NCBI GenBank assembly: GCA_965197905.1
Contig: CBDAOB010000005.1
Location: forward strand, 1,888,001-1,952,000
From: Candidatus Latescibacterota bacterium
GTDB taxonomy: Bacteria; Latescibacterota; UBA2968; UBA8231
DNA: 64,000 nt
Direction of reading: 5' to 3'
Shown one piece after another: positions 51,134 through 59,944 of this stretch. Below the pieces are notes generated by a model. It saw only the letters and a list, made by a program, of their open reading frames with translations. It had not been told where the DNA came from and did no database searches. Every line of letters begins with the position of its first letter. Position 1 is the first letter of the stretch. The position numbers were made by a program, and so were the translations under genes.

Positions 51134-51604
51134 TCAAACCTGGTATATTGAACACTCAATCAGATCGGGAATCGACTCGTGCCCTTGATAGATCTCGCAG
51201 TTGTGACAGTCCCTTGCGAATACATCGACCGAACAACAAAGGCACTCCCCTAGCACCTCGATCGCCTGAGCATTGCGTTCCTTCATATCAGCGTAGTACT
51301 CGAGTTTGTGGTCGATCTCGTTCTGCTGCTCGCGAATGTGGTTGATCAACTCGCCCGCAAGCATTCCGCCCGTCTTGCAATCCGCCTTGATGGTGAACAG
51401 CTCTCGTATCCGCTCAAGATCGAACCCGAGCATCTTGAGTCCCTGAACGATGTTCAGACGCCGGAGTTGATTCTCGGAGTACAATCTGAAACCACCGGCA
51501 GTGCGTTCGTCGGGAGCAATAATTCCGACCTCTTCATAGTATCGGATCGTTCGCGGCGTTACACCAGCACGGGAAGCGAGATCTCCAATCTGCATCATCG
51601 ACAT
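51134..51604 (-). CDS. MerR family transcriptional regulator with Cys-rich C-terminus
   Basis: IGDLA...TIRYYE...G.R.Y HTH, coiled coil, then ECLCC...DCHNC...EC. Confidence 0.9.
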   Translation of the reverse strand: MSMMQIGDLASRAGVTPRTIRYYEEVGIIAPDERTAGGFRLYSENQLRRLNIVQGLKMLGFDLERIRELFTIKADCKTGGMLAGELINHIREQQNEIDHKLEYYADMKERNAQAIEVLGECLCCSVDVFARDCHNCEIYQGHESIPDLIECSIYQV

Positions 51605-51648
51605 TGCGGCGAATCTTTAATAAACAACAACATAGAGGACATTTGGAG

Positions 51649-51677
51649 AATATACTGAGCCCCAGAGGGCGTGTCAA
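51649..51677 (-). promoter_or_regulatory. Sigma70 promoter for merR-iscA-iscS-moeB
   Basis: TTGACA-17 nt-TATATT (alternative 19 nt to TATTCT); the spacer holds a short GCCC-N4-GGGC dyad. Confidence 0.65.
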
Positions 51678-51724
51678 CGAATGGGAAATCGATGAGACGA
51701 GCCAAACCCCACGGACAGTTGGGC

Positions 51725-52654
51725 TTAGGCTCCACCAAAACCTTCGACGCTGAAGTAGCGAAAGCCGGTATCACAGAGGAGGGTTACGATGCGGCTCAGA
51801 TCCGGGTTCTCGGCCCCATATCTCAGAGCCGCCGCAACGTTGGCACCGGCTGACGGTCCAACAAGGATCCCTTCTTCCCGCGCCAGGCGCCGCATGGTGG
51901 AAAACGCCTCCTCGTCTTCTACGGAGATGATCTCGTCCACCAGGTCGAAGTCCATGACCTCGGGAACGAACCCAGCACCAATACCTTGAATACCGTGCAA
52001 CCCAGGCTTTCCTCCCGCAAGCACCGGAGACCGCGACGGTTCGACGGCAACAATTCGCAGCTCGGGTATTCCGGCCTTCAGTACCTGACCGGCACCGGTG
52101 ATGGTTCCGCCAGTACCGACACCGACCACAAACGCGTCCAGCTTCCCTCCTGTTGCGGCGAGAATCTCTGGTCCGGTCGCATCGCGATGCGCCTGGGGAT
52201 TAGCGGGATTGCTGAACTGTTGAGGCATGTAGACCGACTCCGGAGTCGCGGCTTTGATTTCCTCGGCCCGCTTGATCGCGCCCTGCATATCATCGGCAGC
52301 GGGCGTGAGTTCGATTTCCGCACCGTAGCTTGCCATCACCGATCGGCGCTCGACACTCATGCTGGTGGGCATGGTGAGGATCAATCGATAGCCAAGAGCT
52401 GCAGCAGCCATGGCCAGCGCGATGCCCGTATTGCCGCTGGTCGGCTCGACGATCGTCATCCCCTTTCGCAGGTAGCCGGCAGACTCGGCTGCTCGGATCA
52501 TACTGAGGCCGATGCGATCTTTGACGCTGCCTGTGGGGTTGACCGCTTCGAGTTTGCCTAGAATCTCCGGTCCGTCTCCAGAGATTTTCTTCAGCTGGAT
52601 CAGCGGCGTGCCACCGATTGTATCGAGGATGGAGTTGGCCGTCGCTTCAGGCAT
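51725..52654 (-). CDS. cysK: Cysteine synthase A
   Basis: NPTGSVKDR (PLP Lys), EPTSGNTG, QQF-x-NPAN, GTGGT, H-x-IQGIG. Confidence 0.94.
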   Translation of the reverse strand: MPEATANSILDTIGGTPLIQLKKISGDGPEILGKLEAVNPTGSVKDRIGLSMIRAAESAGYLRKGMTIVEPTSGNTGIALAMAAAALGYRLILTMPTSMSVERRSVMASYGAEIELTPAADDMQGAIKRAEEIKAATPESVYMPQQFSNPANPQAHRDATGPEILAATGGKLDAFVVGVGTGGTITGAGQVLKAGIPELRIVAVEPSRSPVLAGGKPGLHGIQGIGAGFVPEVMDFDLVDEIISVEDEEAFSTMRRLAREEGILVGPSAGANVAAALRYGAENPDLSRIVTLLCDTGFRYFSVEGFGGA

Positions 52655-52657
52655 ACC

Positions 52658-53863
52658 CTACTCAGCTGAGTCGCTCTCCCCATGGCTCTCTTCCTCCTCG
52701 TCTTCGGAAGAAACCGGCTTGGCGCTTGCGGTGCCGGGTAAGGCGCGGGTAAACTCGGAGGTACCCGTTGGAGGTTCGCCGGTATCCACCCGCAACCCAC
52801 CACCGGTGGTGTAGAGATCGCGATAGGTGGCCGGCAGAAGCAACACGCTCAACAGCGGCTCCACCTTCGCCAGGACGTCGTTCACATCTCCCATGAAGCT
52901 GCGCGGAACGTAGACGATATCTGAGTTTCTCAGCGCGACATTCTGCTTCAAGTCGGCATCGCGGGTGATGCGTTTGAAGCTGACCCCAAACATCTCGGGT
53001 CCCTCGGTGCCGGAGCGGATAATGCGTATGTCGTCCTGCAACGCGCTCTCCGTCAGACCTCCTGCCCGACTCAGGGCTTCCAGCAGGCTTACGTCGTCTG
53101 GAAACATGTAGACGCTGGGAGCTTCTACCTCTCCAAGCACCACGATCTTCTTGCTCAGCTGATTCGTGCCCGGCACTATGAGCACATCATCGCCCTGGAG
53201 CAGCAGGTTGTGGGACTGCTCGCCCGTAGCCAAGACGTGCTGGATATTGAGAGTAAATGATCTGTCGCCCCTGATCAGCTTCACCCTATCCAGCTGCGCC
53301 TCGGGAAGCGGACCACCCGCTTCCAAGATCAGCTCGAGAACCGTCGTTTTGCCTTGCAAGGCGTAACGCCCCTGGCCGCTTTTTATGGGGCGGTTTCCGC
53401 CCCCTGACTGGATGATCTGAATCGCTCCCAACAGGTTGACGATCTTGCTACGGTGCTCCTTTACCGCGAGGTCGATCTTGGGATCGCGCAGAAACCTTGA
53501 CAGCTCCGCCGTTAGTACCTCGTCCAGCTGGGTCGGGGTGAGTCCGGCCGCCTGCAGGTCCTCCACCAGCGCATAGGAGATGCGGCCGTCCGGGCGAACC
53601 TCCACTTCCTCGATCTTCGATTCCTCAGCGAGTAGCGTGATCTCAAGAACATCGCGTGGACCGATCAGATACTCCGGGAAGCCGCTTATTTCGGTAAACG
53701 ACCGCTTGGACGGAGACAGCGGGGGCTGCTCGATATCGGCATAACCTTCGCCTCGATGCTCCGGTGGAGGAACAAGCTTTATATCAGGCGGCCCTCCGCA
53801 CGAGGCCAGGAGGAATATGGCCACCGCCGCTGCGGCAAGCAGCTGACCTGCTCAACTGTTCAT
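52658..53863 (-). pseudogene. Polysaccharide export lipoprotein (Wza/OPX, Poly_export plus SLBB) with in-frame TGA at codon 4
   Basis: Y-x-IGP-x-DVL, VRPDGRIS, GEV..P SLBB repeats. ATG 53863 (overlapping the upstream stop) reads MNS*AGQLLAAAAVAIFLLASC, a lipoprotein signal broken by TGA at 53852-54. Confidence 0.75.
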
Positions 53864-54975
53864 TTCGGAGCGGGCTTTCCTTTCCGCGGCAACAAGCTCA
53901 ATCCGTGATCGAAGCCGCGCTGCAACACCTGCAGAATGCGAAGCGGATAGACTGCCGGGTAGAAAGCCCTCGGCAAGAATGGAAAAACCTGCAGCATCAC
54001 TTCGGGCGCTGGAAAAAAGGTTTCTCCAAGGAACCGAAGCTTCTTGGGGATCCCCGAAACGTTGAACGACCACAGTAGGTCGCCCCAGTTTCGCAGGTTG
54101 CGATCGGCAAAGGCGCTACGCAGGATTCGAGACTCCAGAGACCCGATCTCCTGGCGATCGATAAACGTGCACACTTCCCTTGGCAGATGACCCCACGAGG
54201 AAGGATCCAGAAAACGAATGGCATAGGCCAGCGGACGCTGTAAACGGTATCGCGAAGCCTTGTTTTGTAACCGGTCCCAATCGAGACCGGTAGACAGCAG
54301 GAGCAGCAAATCCACAAACCATGTACACCGGCTGAAGCCGTGGCGAAGCGCGTGAACGGCCGTGAACAGCGTCTCATCCTCTGCACACATGCGGAGAACG
54401 CAATCCTCGTCCACTTGCCCGGCCACTGCGTCTTTCCACACTTCCCGCAGATCCATCCAGCCGGCATACTGCCTGGATCTGATCCTGGAGCTATTCGACA
54501 GGTCCCGATGTAAATCGATGGTCAATCGCTCGTTTGAGAAGAGATCCGCATACCGCGGCTGGGGTGACAGACCCACGTCCATGAGCGCTTCCACCACCCT
54601 CTCATGATCCTCCGGTCTCACCAAGATATCGATATCGTCCATCGGGCGGCAACCGAGGTCGGGATATGCTCCAAGCAGGGAAGCACCCGGCAACACCATC
54701 ACCTCCAGCTCGCGGTCTCGCAGAACGCCGACGAATTCCATGAATTCGTGTAGCTGTACGACATTGGATTCCGCCGTTGCCCGGTAGTCTTCCATGAGCT
54801 CCACCCTGATCTCCGCAGGCAGATCGGAGGCTACCGTCTTGTGGTACATCAGCCCGCGCAGATCCTCAGCTCGAGCGCATGCCGCCAGACCGTTCCAGTA
54901 CTCCGCGTCCGGTTGGGTGGGCAGGCCCTCCGTGCCAGCGGCCAGCGCAAACAAGGTATGCAGCTCCCTATTCAT
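53860..54975 (-). CDS. Nucleotidyltransferase family protein (NTP_transf_5-like)
   Basis: L-P-G...YP...RPMDDIDILV, IDLH, H..RHG...W..DL; adjacent to a PqqD gene as is typical for this family. Confidence 0.8.
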   Translation of the reverse strand: MNRELHTLFALAAGTEGLPTQPDAEYWNGLAACARAEDLRGLMYHKTVASDLPAEIRVELMEDYRATAESNVVQLHEFMEFVGVLRDRELEVMVLPGASLLGAYPDLGCRPMDDIDILVRPEDHERVVEALMDVGLSPQPRYADLFSNERLTIDLHRDLSNSSRIRSRQYAGWMDLREVWKDAVAGQVDEDCVLRMCAEDETLFTAVHALRHGFSRCTWFVDLLLLLSTGLDWDRLQNKASRYRLQRPLAYAIRFLDPSSWGHLPREVCTFIDRQEIGSLESRILRSAFADRNLRNWGDLLWSFNVSGIPKKLRFLGETFFPAPEVMLQVFPFLPRAFYPAVYPLRILQVLQRGFDHGLSLLPRKGKPAPK

Positions 54976-55249
54976 CCTCGAAGAGACCTGCCTCCGAAAA
55001 ATCGCGCAGAATCGCTTTCACGTCGTCGCGAGCCAGTTTCGTTTTCACCTCAAACGTACTAGACATGTGCTCGACAATCTCCGAGAAATCCTTGCCCTTT
55101 TGACACTCCTCGAATACGAAAGCGGCGGTCGCGTTCAGGTGGTGAACCTGACGGCTCTTTCCATCGTACAGAATTCCGCCATCGGCGAGCTTCCTGTAAG
55201 ATAGGCGATCCTTTAGCCTGAACCTAGTACTATTGTTGAATCGTCCCAA
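54968..55249 (-). CDS. PqqD family protein / RiPP recognition element (RRE)
   Basis: 93 aa with three beta strands then H.LN.TA..VFE.C, EIVE.M...FEV, A..DV...L..F...GL pattern. Confidence 0.85.
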   Translation of the reverse strand: MGRFNNSTRFRLKDRLSYRKLADGGILYDGKSRQVHHLNATAAFVFEECQKGKDFSEIVEHMSSTFEVKTKLARDDVKAILRDFSEAGLFEDE

Positions 55250-55257
55250 CGCCGTCT

Positions 55258-57342
55258 CTATCGAGATTGATTTGGGTTACGTGCAAGTAGTTCCATCAGG
55301 TCCCCGGCGGTCGAAAGGGGAGCGGAGCAGGTCTGATTGCGACACACGAACGCCGCAACTACGGCGTCGTTTCCCACCCCTTTGTCCCGCAGAAGCGGAA
55401 TGGCTTCGCAGCTGCCGCCGGAACTGAGGGCGTCATCGGTCACGATGATCTTGTTGGGGATAAAACGCTGGTGAATCGCAGCCAACATCTCCTTCTTTCC
55501 GTCCGACTCTCCGACGATGGCGATTTCGGTAGCGGACTCCTGCAGCAGCTCTAAGGCGCCGATCATATGCGGACAGGCGGTCGGCGATTCTCTTAGCAGT
55601 TTTCCAAAGGCACCCAAGGTTTGCTCTGCTTTGTCGCGCAACGAACGGTCCCCTGTCAAAGCGGCGAGACGCAACAGACCAAACAACGCGGTAGAGTTTC
55701 CCGAAGGGACCGCGTTGTCAAACATGCTTTTTGTGCGCACGATCAGGTCAGCTTGACCCGCTTCGGAAAAATAGAAACCTCCATCGCGCTCATCCCAGAA
55801 CCGTTCAACCATGAGGCCAGTCCAACGGGCGGCGGCGTCAAGCCAGCGAAAATCGAAGTCTGACTCGAACAGGTCTAACAGACCAACTACGAAACAACTA
55901 TAGTCGTCCTGAAATCCCCGCACGCGCGCCAGGCCATCCTTGTAGACATGAAGCAGCCGATCTTCTTCCACCATGCGCTGGAGAATAAATTCTGCCGCCT
56001 TTCTCGCCGCATCGAGAAACTCGTCCCGTCCCGAGATTTGGTACGCCTTCGCCATGGAAGTAATCATCAAGCCGTTCCAGGATGTTATCACCTTCTTGTC
56101 CAGGAACGGAGCGGGTCGAAGTTGACGCCGTTCGAACAGAGCGGAACGCGACCGCTTGACGATCTCCAGCACATCTGTCTCGTCAAGCTGGAGGAAACGC
56201 GCCGCATTTTCGAATTCGTTCGGCACGTGTAGAATGCTGTTGCCGTCCTCAAAGTTCCCCTCGGGCGTTACATCAAAGCAGCGCATGAAGATGGAAGCGT
56301 CCGGCTCACCCAGCACCTCCTGCACCTGCGCGGGAGTCCAGACGAAGAATTTCCCTTCTACCCCTTCGCTGTCAGCATCCTGAGTCGAATAGAATCCTCC
56401 CTCGGGTTGTGTCATTTCCCGCAACACGTAGTCGAGAACCTCCTCGACCACGTGAAGATAGAATTGATTTCCAGTCGCCTGATAAGCTTCGCCATAGATC
56501 GAACTGAGCAACGCGTTGTCGTAAAGCATCTTCTCGAAATGCGGCACGAGCCAGCGATCGTCGACGCTGTAGCGGTGAAAACCGCCGCCCAGTTGATCGT
56601 AGACGCCCCCGCGGGCCATTCTGTTCAAGGTCAGATCGACCATCTCCAGGGCGGAAGCATTGCCCCTGGATCGGTGATATCGCAGGAGAAGAGAAAGGGC
56701 CATGCTGGAAGGAAATTTTGGTGCGCTGCCGAAACCTCCGTAGGTCCCATCGAACGCTGTCTCGTAGCTTTGAAGCGCGGCGTCGATGATTCCATCGTCG
56801 AGGGCTGACTTGCCCCCAACAAGATCACTTGCTGGATTGAGCGAGGTCGAGATCCGCGCCGCATTCTCCTCGACCACATCCCGTTGGCCCCGGTAGGCAT
56901 CGGCCAGGGACTCGAGAATTCGCGGAAACCCGGGTCGACCATGCCTGTCATCGGGGGGGAAGTAGGTTCCCCCGTAGAAAGGCCGGAGATCGGGTAGAAG
57001 AAACACCGTCATCGGCCAACCTCCCGAACCGGTGAGGAGTTGGACCGCGGTCATGTAGATTTCGTCCAGATCGGGACGCTCTTCCCGGTCCACCTTGATC
57101 GACACGTAGTGCCGGTTCATGATCTCTGCAATAGCTGCGTTCTCGAACGACTCCTGCTCCATCACGTGGCACCAATGACACGCCGCGTAGCCAATCGAGA
57201 GGAGAATGGGCCGATCCGTAGAACGCGCCTGCTCAAACGCTGCATCACCCCACGGATACCAATCGACCGGATTCGTGGCATGCTGACGCAGATATGGACT
57301 CGACTCGGACGCCAATCTGTTTTGGAAAGAATGTGTGGACAT
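55258..57342 (-). CDS. YyaL/SSP411 thioredoxin plus alpha/alpha-barrel protein
   Basis: NRL..E.SPYL.QHA.NPVDWYPWG, CHWCHVM, DREERPD, GGWP, PHFEKMLYDN. Confidence 0.93.
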   Translation of the reverse strand: MSTHSFQNRLASESSPYLRQHATNPVDWYPWGDAAFEQARSTDRPILLSIGYAACHWCHVMEQESFENAAIAEIMNRHYVSIKVDREERPDLDEIYMTAVQLLTGSGGWPMTVFLLPDLRPFYGGTYFPPDDRHGRPGFPRILESLADAYRGQRDVVEENAARISTSLNPASDLVGGKSALDDGIIDAALQSYETAFDGTYGGFGSAPKFPSSMALSLLLRYHRSRGNASALEMVDLTLNRMARGGVYDQLGGGFHRYSVDDRWLVPHFEKMLYDNALLSSIYGEAYQATGNQFYLHVVEEVLDYVLREMTQPEGGFYSTQDADSEGVEGKFFVWTPAQVQEVLGEPDASIFMRCFDVTPEGNFEDGNSILHVPNEFENAARFLQLDETDVLEIVKRSRSALFERRQLRPAPFLDKKVITSWNGLMITSMAKAYQISGRDEFLDAARKAAEFILQRMVEEDRLLHVYKDGLARVRGFQDDYSCFVVGLLDLFESDFDFRWLDAAARWTGLMVERFWDERDGGFYFSEAGQADLIVRTKSMFDNAVPSGNSTALFGLLRLAALTGDRSLRDKAEQTLGAFGKLLRESPTACPHMIGALELLQESATEIAIVGESDGKKEMLAAIHQRFIPNKIIVTDDALSSGGSCEAIPLLRDKGVGNDAVVAAFVCRNQTCSAPLSTAGDLMELLARNPNQSR

Positions 57343-57402
57343 TGCCTGCCGATGTGGTTGATGCTCGAGTTTCACTAGCTCAATTTCGAGGCAAGTGCGG
57401 CG

Positions 57403-58932
57403 TCAGCGCAACCAGGCGCTGACGCCTTTGACAAGCTCGCTGAACCGGCGATCGCATTCCACCCCTTTCGCTGCATCGTCTTCCCGCTCACGGTGCAGCG
57501 GCAACACCCGGTCCCGGTACTCCTCTTCCACCTGACCTTGACAATCCTCCGATACCAGTGCCACCTGCAAAGCGCGAATCTCGCTGAAATTGATGTTCGG
57601 CGTTCCTACGCCGTTGATCACTGCCGCGATCTGTTGCAAACCAGGGTCCGTTTTGAAATAGAGCCACACGTAAAAGGGATTGACCCCCTCCAGCCGAACG
57701 ATGTCGACGAAACATCCCACGTTGGCGCGGGCGTCATCGCAGTAGACTGCCATGCGATTGCGGCCCAAGGTACCGACGCCGGATCTGGGAAGTAGCAGAT
57801 CCCGTTTCCTAACTCGGCTTCGCGGCGGATCGAATTCCGAATCCGGCAGGACGCACAGTGGATCGCTCAAGGATATGCCAGTTTCGGTTACGTTTCCCTG
57901 ATAGATCACTGGCACGCCACCGTCGTGGTGGCCGGGTTTTCGTCCGGTCACGATCGGTCCGTAGGTCAGATGAGTTATGAATTCCCCCAGGGGTAAAACC
58001 GGAAGCCTGCAATGATGCCGGTGTCTCCTCTTTTCGCGCCAGTACGCGGCGTCCCAGCGATCGCCGGCCAGCTCGCTCTCCGCGGATAGGTTCGCGTTCG
58101 AAATTCCCGCGACTGTCCTTCCACCGGCATGGACTCGCACCGCGCGGCTCGCCGCGTCCAGGTACTCGGCCAGCGACTCGTATCCCACTGCGTCGAAGAG
58201 CAGCGACGAAAGAGAATCCCGATCTGAATCGGTCTTGCTCAGAAACAATATCCCGGTCATCGCGTTGAGACCCGGCTTCCGGAAAGCCTCTTCCGGCAAA
58301 TCGATGACGGCACGTACCTGCGCTTGTGTCGTCACCCAATCCCGTACGGGCTGCAGGCGCTGATTGGTGAAGAATCCCTGGGGCAGAATCAGGGAGATGA
58401 TGCCGCCGGGTCTTGCCAGCTCTAGTGCCCGTTCCAGGAACAGGAGCTCCAACGGCATCTTCTCAGGTTTGCCGCCAACAAGCGTCTGCAACGGGGATGG
58501 GCGCTTCATATCGCCGGGGCTTATGGATCCACCGAGCCCACACGCCAGATGCGCCCCCAACCGGCCGAATGGCGGATTACCAATTACGACATCAAAGGAA
58601 CCGTTCCAGATCTTCTCCCCTTCATACTGCAGACCGTTGCCATGGTGAATCTGTGTGCCGGCACGGGACAAGGGCTGGTCGGTCCCCAACTCCAAGGTCA
58701 GCGCGCCGTCGAGCTCGACGCCATGCAGGTCAATCGGTTCGATCGTTCGCGAATGTATTACAGCCCGTAAGAAGGCGCCGTCCCCTGCGGCTGGATCAAT
58801 CACCCGAATCCCGCGTTCGCGGCAGGTGTATTCTCGCACCGACTCCCACATGAACTCAGCGATCCTCGGCGGTGTAAAATATTGTGCCATCGCCGCTACG
58901 TTCGGTCGCGAAATGTCCCCTTCAGTTCGCAC
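57403..58932 (-). CDS. N6-adenine DNA methyltransferase with C-terminal HsdS-like target recognition domain
   Basis: QYFTP, motif I DPAAGDGAF, motif IV GNPPF; C-terminal DLL..RSG..TLG and G...PNI of TRD type. Confidence 0.8.
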   Translation of the reverse strand: MRTEGDISRPNVAAMAQYFTPPRIAEFMWESVREYTCRERGIRVIDPAAGDGAFLRAVIHSRTIEPIDLHGVELDGALTLELGTDQPLSRAGTQIHHGNGLQYEGEKIWNGSFDVVIGNPPFGRLGAHLACGLGGSISPGDMKRPSPLQTLVGGKPEKMPLELLFLERALELARPGGIISLILPQGFFTNQRLQPVRDWVTTQAQVRAVIDLPEEAFRKPGLNAMTGILFLSKTDSDRDSLSSLLFDAVGYESLAEYLDAASRAVRVHAGGRTVAGISNANLSAESELAGDRWDAAYWREKRRHRHHCRLPVLPLGEFITHLTYGPIVTGRKPGHHDGGVPVIYQGNVTETGISLSDPLCVLPDSEFDPPRSRVRKRDLLLPRSGVGTLGRNRMAVYCDDARANVGCFVDIVRLEGVNPFYVWLYFKTDPGLQQIAAVINGVGTPNINFSEIRALQVALVSEDCQGQVEEEYRDRVLPLHREREDDAAKGVECDRRFSELVKGVSAWLR

Positions 58933-59005
58933 TATTGGCTCTCTATTCGGACCTGTTGCATCCGTCTGCCCGACCTGAAAGGCACAAAAGCGAGAGGTCC
59001 GGAAG

Positions 59006-59021
59006 TGGCATGAATACTGCT
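59006..59021 (+). promoter_or_regulatory. Candidate sigma54 (-24/-12) promoter upstream of ssb
   Basis: TGGCATG-AATA-CTGCT with exact GG-N10-GC spacing, about 80 nt upstream of the ATG. Confidence 0.55.
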
Positions 59022-59098
59022 TGAGTCGAGATGGCGCATGCAGCCGAGCTCGTTTTTGGTCGCTTCCCTCATAACTTTCAAACGCGGAGATTCAGAAG

Positions 59099-59506
59099 AT
59101 GTCCGAACTCAAAATGCCGACCATTAATCAGGTGGCGGTGAGTGGCCGCCTCGTACAAGACCCCGAGTTCCGTATCACGGAGCACGGGTCGGCGCGACTG
59201 AGCGCCCGCCTGGCCTGCAACAGGTCTTACCGCGACCGTGCCGGCCAGTGGCAGGAGGAAGCCTCTTTCTTCAATGTCGTCGTTTGGCAAAAACTGGCCG
59301 AGTATTATGCCGATCGATTGAAGAAAGGAAGTCCAATATTTGTCGTCGGCCGGCTTCGCAGCCACAGCTGGAGGGACGACGACGACACGCCGCACTCGAT
59401 TGTGGAGATTCAGGTTCGCAGTCTCCAACTCTTGGAAAAGAGCCAGAATACCGTCGATCCCGAAGAATCCTCGGAGACCGAAATGGAACTCGAACTGGCA
59501 AACTGA
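59099..59506 (+). CDS. ssb: Single-stranded DNA-binding protein (short form)
   Basis: NQV...GRL..DPE.R, VVW..LAE, KG..I.V.GRL...SW OB-fold. Confidence 0.92.
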   Translation: MSELKMPTINQVAVSGRLVQDPEFRITEHGSARLSARLACNRSYRDRAGQWQEEASFFNVVVWQKLAEYYADRLKKGSPIFVVGRLRSHSWRDDDDTPHSIVEIQVRSLQLLEKSQNTVDPEESSETEMELELAN

Positions 59507-59510
59507 CCTT

Positions 59511-59543
59511 GTTTGAGGGGCTGTCCAAGGCAGCCCTTCAAAC
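59511..59543 (+). terminator. Stem-loop after ssb
   Basis: GTTTGAGGGGCTG...CAGCCCTTCAAAC inverted repeat; no clear U-tract. Confidence 0.45.
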
Positions 59544-59633
59544 GTAGACCGGTGCCCGGGCACGCTGATTGACGGAGTTCTTGGCAATCGCTATTTTTGC
59601 TCACACACGATCGAGACAGCGTAAGAGGAACGG

Positions 59634-59861
59634 ATGGCGTGGGCGAAAAGCCGATTTTTCCTTGAGAAAGTCCAACTTTTCAGCATAATTCTGTACCTGG
59701 TCTGCCTGGGTGGATACACGATTTCGGCCGTCGGCGAGTTTTATGACAGCATTCGCGCCGATATATTCGGTTTCACCTTCTTCTCCTTGTTCATCGCTTC
59801 CACGATTCTGCTGAGTCTCGAGAAAGATGGAGCTTCGGAAGAAAACCAGGAGGGTGATTAG
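59634..59861 (+). CDS. Small two-TM hypothetical membrane protein
   Basis: GAGG RBS, two hydrophobic helices, acidic tail. Confidence 0.6.
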   Translation: MAWAKSRFFLEKVQLFSIILYLVCLGGYTISAVGEFYDSIRADIFGFTFFSLFIASTILLSLEKDGASEENQEGD

Positions 59862-59936
59862 GGGCAGTAGCTCAGCTGGGAGAGCGCGGGCTTTGCAAGC
59901 CTGAGGTCGGCGGTTCGAACCCGCTCTGCTCCACCA
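59861..59936 (+). tRNA. tRNA-Ala(TGC)
   Basis: Full cloverleaf: GGGGCAG/CTGCTCC acceptor with G3:U70, anticodon loop TTTGCAA, GGTTCGAAC T-arm, encoded CCA. Confidence 0.98.
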
Positions 59937-59944
59937 TCCAGTCT

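Noticed and set aside
33003..53854. Genome-wide TGA recoding to explain the two in-frame TGAs
   Set aside because: glnB, purE, ftsZ and others end at TGA at their expected C-termini, and many ATGA stop/start overlaps are present.
53825..53854. Selenocysteine at the wza or wzc TGA
   Set aside because: The positions are a signal-peptide n-region and a coiled coil, not Cys-equivalent redox sites, and downstream hairpins are weak and not convincing SECIS elements.
53860..55249. Complete lasso peptide or PQQ biosynthetic cluster
   Set aside because: No precursor, cyclase, protease or pqqBCE genes in the window.
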